Assembly: GCA_041690135.1 (NCBI GenBank)
Contig: JAWLHY010000003.1
Span: 224,001-288,000, forward strand
From: Armatimonadota bacterium
GTDB lineage: Bacteria; Armatimonadota; SYMT01
Length of the DNA: 64,000 bases
Direction of reading: 5' to 3'
Positions 54,405-64,000 of this stretch are shown one piece after another (position 1 is the first letter of the stretch; each line of letters starts with the position of its first letter). Under the pieces are notes generated by a model that searched no databases, was not told the origin of the DNA, and saw nothing but the letters and a program-made list of their open reading frames with translations. A program made the position numbers and the translations under genes.

Positions 54405-57400
54405 ATGCGTAGTACCCTCCCACAGCAGGAGTTGGAGCTACTTCCCAATCTGGTCGAGATCCAGTTGAATTCGTTCCAGTGGTTCCTGGACCGGGGACTG
54501 CGGGAGCTCTTCCATAACTTCTCACCCATCGAGGACTTCACCGGCAATCTCTCGCTCGAGTTGGTGGACTACTACCTCGATAAAGAGAAATACAGCGTTG
54601 AAGAGTGCCGCGACCGCGACATGACGTACGAGCGGCCGATCAAGGCCCGCGTCGTGCTGCGCACCCCCAGTGGGGACATGCAGGAGACCGAAGTTTACCT
54701 CGGCGACCTCCCCATCATGACGGATCGGGGGACGTTCGTGGTGAACGGGGTCGACCGCGTCGTCGTCTCCCAGCTCGCCCGCTCGCCCGGCGTCTACTTC
54801 AACGACAACATCGACTTCAGCGGCCGGATTCTCTACACCGCCACGCTCATTCCGAGTGAAGGCGCGTGGCTGGAAGTCGAAACCGACGCCAACAACGTCA
54901 TCAGCGTGCGCGTGGGCCAGACCCGCAAGTTCCCGCTCACCACGCTTCTGCGCGCACTCGGCGCCTTCGATCACGGCAACAACTACGGCTACGAGTTCCT
55001 GCCGAAGGACCAGGTCCTGGGCCGCACCACCGCTTCGTCCGTGGTGGACCAGGGCACGGGCGAGCTGCTGATCGAGGCGGGCGAAGAGATCACGGACGAC
55101 CTGTTCGCGCGCATCCAGGCGGCCCAGGTCGAGCAGGTCGAAGTGCTGGTGCCGCCGATGTCGGTCAGCACCACGGCCGAAGTCCTCAGTCTCTACTCCA
55201 CCACGCAGGAGTTGGAGAACCCGGACCGCGAGACGATCTTCGGCAAGCGCCCGATCGAGGACATCATCGATCCGAAGAGCGGCAAGGTCCTGGTGAAGGC
55301 GTACCAGAAGGTCTCCAACCAGGAAACCGCCAAGCGGATCGAGGGCCTCAGCCTTCCCTCCGTGACGATCCTCGTGCCCAACGAATACATCGAGGCGACG
55401 GTGGAAGCCGAGGGGAACATCCAGGACCAGGAAGACGCCCTGGCGGACATCTACCGGACGATCCGCCCCGGCGATCCCTCCACGGCGGAGAGTGCCCGCA
55501 GCCTGCTGTCCAGCATCTTCTACGACCTCCGCCGCTATGACCTGGCGCGGGTGGGCCGCTACAAGCTGAACAAGCGGCTGGGCCTGAACCTGCCGATGGA
55601 CGACCGTCCGGAGCTGATCGCCAAGCTGGGCCCCGGCCACCGCGCCACCCGCTCGGTAACGCAGGCGGACCTGGTCGCGATCATCAAGTACATCATCGAC
55701 TTCGCGGCCGGCGTCCACTCGCGCGACGACATCGACCATCTGGAGAACAAGCGCGTCCGGTCCGTGGGCGAGCTCCTGCAGAACCAGATGCGCCTCGGCT
55801 TCCTCCGCATGGAAAAGGTAGCCCGCGAGCGCATGACCGCGGCCGACGCCGAGAACGTCGTGCCGCAGGTGGTGCTGTCGGTGAAGCCGATCAGCGCGAG
55901 CATCAAGAGCTTCTTCGGCAGCTCCCAGCTCTCGCAGTTCATGGACCAGACCAACCCGCTGGCGGAGCTCACCCACAAGCGGCGCCTTTCGGCGCTCGGC
56001 CCCGGCGGTCTTTCCCGCCAGAGCGCCAAGCTGGAAGTCCGCGACGTGCACCACAGCCACTACAGCCGGGTCTGTCCCATCGAGACGCCGGAAGGCCCGA
56101 ACATTGGTCTCATCGGCTCGCTGGCGATCCTGGGTCGCATCGATGAGTTCGGTTTCCTGCTGGCGCCGTACCGCAAGGTCGTCGACGGCGTGGTGACCGA
56201 CAAGATCGAATACATCACGGCGGATGAGGAAGACAAGTACTACCTCGCGCCGGCGAACACGCGGCTGGAAGCGGACGGGCGGATTCCGGGGCCGACCCCC
56301 GTGCGGCACCGGGGCACCTTCCCGACCGTGCGCCCGCAGCAGATCGACTACATGGACGTGATGCCCATGCAGATCGTCTCGCCGGCCACGGCGCTCATTC
56401 CGTTCCTCGAGAACGACGACGCCAACCGCGCGCTGATGGGCTCCAACATGCAGCGACAGGCGGTGCCGACGCTCCGCCCGCGGGCCCCCGTCTGCAAGAC
56501 CGGCGTGGAGAAGAAGGTGGCGGCCGACTCCGGGTCGGCGGTCCGCGCCCGCCGCGACGGCCGTGTCATCTACGTGACCGCCGAGCGGATCGTGGTCGAA
56601 ACCCGCGACCGGGATGAGGACGGCAAGCCGTACCGCGACGTGTACCGCCTGCTGAACATGCTGCGCTCGAACAACGCCACCTGCATCACGCAGCGGCCGA
56701 TCGTGCGCAAAGGTCAGCGCGTGCGCCAGGGCGACGTGATCGCGGACGGGCCGAGCATGGAACAGGGCGAGCTGGCGCTGGGCCAGAACCTGCTCGTGGC
56801 GTTCATGCCCGCCGGCGGCTTCAACTACGAAGACGCGATCATGCTCTCCGAGCGCCTGGTGAAGGACGACGTCTACACCTCGATCCACATCGAGAAGTAC
56901 GAGACGGAAGCCCGCGACACCAAGCTGGGGCCGGAAGAGATCACCCGCGACATTCCGAACGTCAGCGAAGACGCGCTGAAGGACCTGGACGAGGACGGCA
57001 TCATCCGCATCGGCGCCGAAGTCCGCGCGGAAGACATCCTGGTCGGAAAGGTCGCTCCCAAGGGTCAGGGCGAGTTGACGCCGGAAGAACGGCTCGTGAT
57101 CGCCATCTTCGGAAAGAAGGCGGAAGAGACCCGCGACGTCTCCCTGCGCCTGCCGCACGGGGAGAAGGGTAAGGTCATCGACATCAAGCGGTTCAGCCGC
57201 TTCAAGTATCGCTGCACCGGCTGCCAGACCGTCTACGACTTCAGCAAGAAGCCGGACACGCTGGTCTGCCAGAAGTACGAGTGCGGCGGGGAGCTGGAGC
57301 GGGTGCAGGCGGACGAGCTGCCGGCCGGCGTGAACATGCTGGTCCGCTGCTACATCGCCCAGAAGCGCAAGGTGATGGAAGGCGACAAGATGGCCGGTCG

Positions 57401-58487
57401 CCACGGGAACAAGGGGGTCATCTCCAAGATCGTGCCGGAAGAGGATATGCCGTTCCTCCCGGACGGAACCCCGGTCGACGTGCTGCTCAACCCGCTGGGG
57501 GTGCCGAGCCGTATGAACATCGGGCAGATCCTGGAAACGCACCTGGGCCTGGTCTGCAAGTTCCTGGGCGGGTCGTACACCAACCCGATCTTCGAGGGTC
57601 GCAAGGAAGCGGATATCATCGGCGAGCTGCAGAAGCTCGGCGGCATCCTGCGCTCGCAGCGGCTGCACGACTTCGCGACGAAGGAGTGCAAGCTGGAGCT
57701 GTATGCCGTGCCGGACGACGGTTACGACGCGCTCGTGACCGCCACCCGTGCCGCGGTGGAAGCCCTGGACCCGGCGACACTCTACCGGGTCGGCGCTAAA
57801 ATCAACGTGCCCGCGGCGGAAGACGCGCAGCCCGTAGTGGACGAGGAGAGCGGCGAGGAGTTCCTCCCGGTCACGGCGGAGGCCGTGCTGGAGACGATCC
57901 TCCGGATCGTCGATCGGCGGGTCGGCTTCCTGGAGAAAGAAGGCAAGATGATGCTGCGCGACGGCCGCTCGGGGGATTACTTCGAGATGCCGGTCACCGT
58001 GGGCCTCATCTATATGCTGAAGCTCGCGCACCTGGTCGACGACAAGATCCACGCCCGGAGCACCGGTCCTTACTCGCTGGTCACGCAGCAGCCGCTGGGT
58101 GGGAAGGCGCAGTTCGGCGGCCAGCGCTTCGGAGAAATGGAAGTCTGGGCCCTGGAAGCTTACGGTGCGGCCTACACGCTGCAGGAGATCCTCACCATCA
58201 AGAGCGACGACGTCCTCGGCCGGGTGAAGACCTACGAGGCCATCGTGAAGGGCGACACCATCACGGCGCCGGGCATTCCGGAAAGCTTCCGGATCCTGGT
58301 GAACGAGCTCCAGTCGCTGGGCCTGAAGGTGAGCGTGGAAGACCGCGAGGGCAACGTGGTGGACCTCCGCGATCAGGAAGAGGATTACGGCGATGGGGCC
58401 GAAGCGGCCCGCCGCCGCCAGATCCGCCGGATCATGGATACCAGTCCCATGCCGCTGTCTCCCGAGGAACAGGGTGCGCCCGAGTAG
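54405..58487 (+). CDS. rpoB: DNA-directed RNA polymerase subunit beta
   Basis: [37 protein letters not shown] motifs. Confidence 0.99.
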   Translation: MRSTLPQQELELLPNLVEIQLNSFQWFLDRGLRELFHNFSPIEDFTGNLSLELVDYYLDKEKYSVEECRDRDMTYERPIKARVVLRTPSGDMQETEVYLGDLPIMTDRGTFVVNGVDRVVVSQLARSPGVYFNDNIDFSGRILYTATLIPSEGAWLEVETDANNVISVRVGQTRKFPLTTLLRALGAFDHGNNYGYEFLPKDQVLGRTTASSVVDQGTGELLIEAGEEITDDLFARIQAAQVEQVEVLVPPMSVSTTAEVLSLYSTTQELENPDRETIFGKRPIEDIIDPKSGKVLVKAYQKVSNQETAKRIEGLSLPSVTILVPNEYIEATVEAEGNIQDQEDALADIYRTIRPGDPSTAESARSLLSSIFYDLRRYDLARVGRYKLNKRLGLNLPMDDRPELIAKLGPGHRATRSVTQADLVAIIKYIIDFAAGVHSRDDIDHLENKRVRSVGELLQNQMRLGFLRMEKVARERMTAADAENVVPQVVLSVKPISASIKSFFGSSQLSQFMDQTNPLAELTHKRRLSALGPGGLSRQSAKLEVRDVHHSHYSRVCPIETPEGPNIGLIGSLAILGRIDEFGFLLAPYRKVVDGVVTDKIEYITADEEDKYYLAPANTRLEADGRIPGPTPVRHRGTFPTVRPQQIDYMDVMPMQIVSPATALIPFLENDDANRALMGSNMQRQAVPTLRPRAPVCKTGVEKKVAADSGSAVRARRDGRVIYVTAERIVVETRDRDEDGKPYRDVYRLLNMLRSNNATCITQRPIVRKGQRVRQGDVIADGPSMEQGELALGQNLLVAFMPAGGFNYEDAIMLSERLVKDDVYTSIHIEKYETEARDTKLGPEEITRDIPNVSEDALKDLDEDGIIRIGAEVRAEDILVGKVAPKGQGELTPEERLVIAIFGKKAEETRDVSLRLPHGEKGKVIDIKRFSRFKYRCTGCQTVYDFSKKPDTLVCQKYECGGELERVQADELPAGVNMLVRCYIAQKRKVMEGDKMAGRHGNKGVISKIVPEEDMPFLPDGTPVDVLLNPLGVPSRMNIGQILETHLGLVCKFLGGSYTNPIFEGRKEADIIGELQKLGGILRSQRLHDFATKECKLELYAVPDDGYDALVTATRAAVEALDPATLYRVGAKINVPAAEDAQPVVDEESGEEFLPVTAEAVLETILRIVDRRVGFLEKEGKMMLRDGRSGDYFEMPVTVGLIYMLKLAHLVDDKIHARSTGPYSLVTQQPLGGKAQFGGQRFGEMEVWALEAYGAAYTLQEILTIKSDDVLGRVKTYEAIVKGDTITAPGIPESFRILVNELQSLGLKVSVEDREGNVVDLRDQEEDYGDGAEAARRRQIRRIMDTSPMPLSPEEQGAPE

Positions 58488-58510
58488 GAAACGGGACGAT
58501 CGCAGGCCGA

Positions 58511-58547
58511 GCAACTGCTGGAGAACCAGAGAATCTCCAGCAGTTGC
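58511..58547. repeat. 14 bp stem palindrome after rpoB
   Basis: gcaactgctggaga-accagagaa-tctccagcagttgc; no U-tract; related to 11652-11683. Confidence 0.65.
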
Positions 58548-58598
58548 ACGGCCGGAGAACCCGTCGATAGCCAGTCACTGTGTCGCGCTCCGCAAAAC

Positions 58599-59207
58599 AT
58601 GAGCATCACCGTAGTACGTGGACAGAGAGAGGCGAAGGTTCAGTCGCGTTACTGGACCCTCGCAGACCTTGCGGCCCTGCCGGATGAGCTACCGACCGGT
58701 CCCGCCGTCTACGAGATCTGGGATGGAGAGTTGCTGCTGATGCCTCCGCCGGCCGACTTTCATGGCTCGATCGAGGCTCGGATCACCACCGTTCTTGTGG
58801 TTCACGGAGAGTGGGAAGGGCTTGGCCGGGTCAGTTCTGGCGAGGTGGGGGTAGTCCTCAGTCCAGGCCCTCCGGTGACCTGTGTAGGGGCCGACGTGGT
58901 ATTTTTGCTGGCGGAGCAGTTGCCCGCGCGGCACTCGCCCGAGGGATATCTGTTGACCCTACCGGCCCTGGTGGCCGAAGTCCGGTCCAAGAATGACCGG
59001 ACGCGCAAGCTGGCGCGGAAGGTGGAGCGATACCTGGAGGCGGGCGTTCGGCTGGTGTGGGTGGCCGATGAGAAGACGCAGACGGTGACGGTTTACCGTT
59101 CGGGAGCTGAGCCCGTGGTGCTGACGCGGGACGACGAGCTAACGGCCGAAGGCATCCTGCCGGACCTGCGTTTCCCGGTGCGGCGGCTCTTCGACGATTT
59201 ACGATGA
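58599..59207 (+). CDS. Uma2 (DUF820) family PD-(D/E)xK endonuclease-like protein
   Basis: YEIWDGELLLMPPP, ADVVF, LVAEVRSKND, KVERYLEAGVRLVWVAD motifs. Confidence 0.93.
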   Translation: MSITVVRGQREAKVQSRYWTLADLAALPDELPTGPAVYEIWDGELLLMPPPADFHGSIEARITTVLVVHGEWEGLGRVSSGEVGVVLSPGPPVTCVGADVVFLLAEQLPARHSPEGYLLTLPALVAEVRSKNDRTRKLARKVERYLEAGVRLVWVADEKTQTVTVYRSGAEPVVLTRDDELTAEGILPDLRFPVRRLFDDLR

Positions 59208-59248
59208 CAGGACCGATCTCCGGCGTTTGCACTGCCGGAGGAGAGACT

Positions 59249-59269
59249 TCGTGCGCAGTTGCACTGCGC
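59249..59269. repeat. GCAGTTGCACTGC palindrome family copy
   Basis: Exact reverse complement of 11728-11748. Confidence 0.7.
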
Positions 59270-59327
59270 TCCGGCTGAGCGGGTCAGAGCGTGGCGCTCT
59301 ACGCGCCAACTCCGTAAGGAGAGATGA

Positions 59328-63722
<4,395 letters not shown>

Positions 63723-63730
63723 TCGGTTAG

Positions 63731-63874
63731 AACCACGAAGACACGAAGGACACGAAGAGAAAGGAAAAGAGCCGGATTCGTCCGGCCGTAGAGGAAAGGT
63801 CCAGCAGATCCAGGCCGGATCCGAGGCGCCAGTACCCTTCAATCCGTTCTTCGTGCTCTTGTGCCTTCGTGGTT
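63731..63874. repeat. Inverted-repeat element with CACGAAG heptamer arms
   Basis: aaccacgaagacacgaaggacacgaaga ... tcttcgtgctcttgtgccttcgtggtt. Confidence 0.7.
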
Positions 63875-63882
63875 GATCTCCG

Positions 63883-63916
63883 AAGGCCGGTGACTGAGAG
63901 GTCGCCGGCCTTTCTT
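63883..63916 (+). terminator. Rho-independent terminator after rpoC
   Basis: aggccggtgac-tgagag-gtcgccggcct followed by ttctt. Confidence 0.7.
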
Positions 63917-64000
63917 ACATGGGGGTAAGCTCCGTTCAGGCCTGGGGATGCACCCCAATGGACGCAAGCAATGCCTCAATCTTCTGGATGTCCTCACGGC

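Overview
High-GC bacterial window, most consistent with Armatimonadota (DUF1559 pilins of the FPVFAxARE type; this assignment is inference). From left to right it contains: (1) a DUF1559 pilin / DUF4198-DUF3386 / beta-propeller locus (0.8-7.8 kb) preceded by a DtxR/MntR-like palindrome; (2) miscellaneous genes (MFS, M14 peptidase, HAD, hybrid kinase, SMI1/KNR4, CpXC, sulfatase); (3) a ~27 kb, mostly minus-strand catabolic locus (21-47.7 kb) with two sugar ABC systems, two BNR/sialidase-fold proteins, two paralogous FG-GAP proteins, DUF1501, a DUF1559 pilin, an aldolase, an amidase, a deacylase, a PLP enzyme and a GntR regulator, tied together by a palindrome TGCTATA-N5-TATAGC seen three times; (4) a PIN toxin-antitoxin pair, rpsF-ssb-rpsR, a nonsense pseudogene, cysE and an MtfA-like peptidase; (5) rpoB-Uma2-rpoC. 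The RNA polymerase has a four-Cys insertion in beta and a ~50 aa insertion in the beta-prime trigger loop. Intergenic spaces hold many REP/REPIN-like palindromic repeats. I saw no rRNA, tRNA, CRISPR array or transposase. All family assignments come from motif recognition by eye, not database searches.
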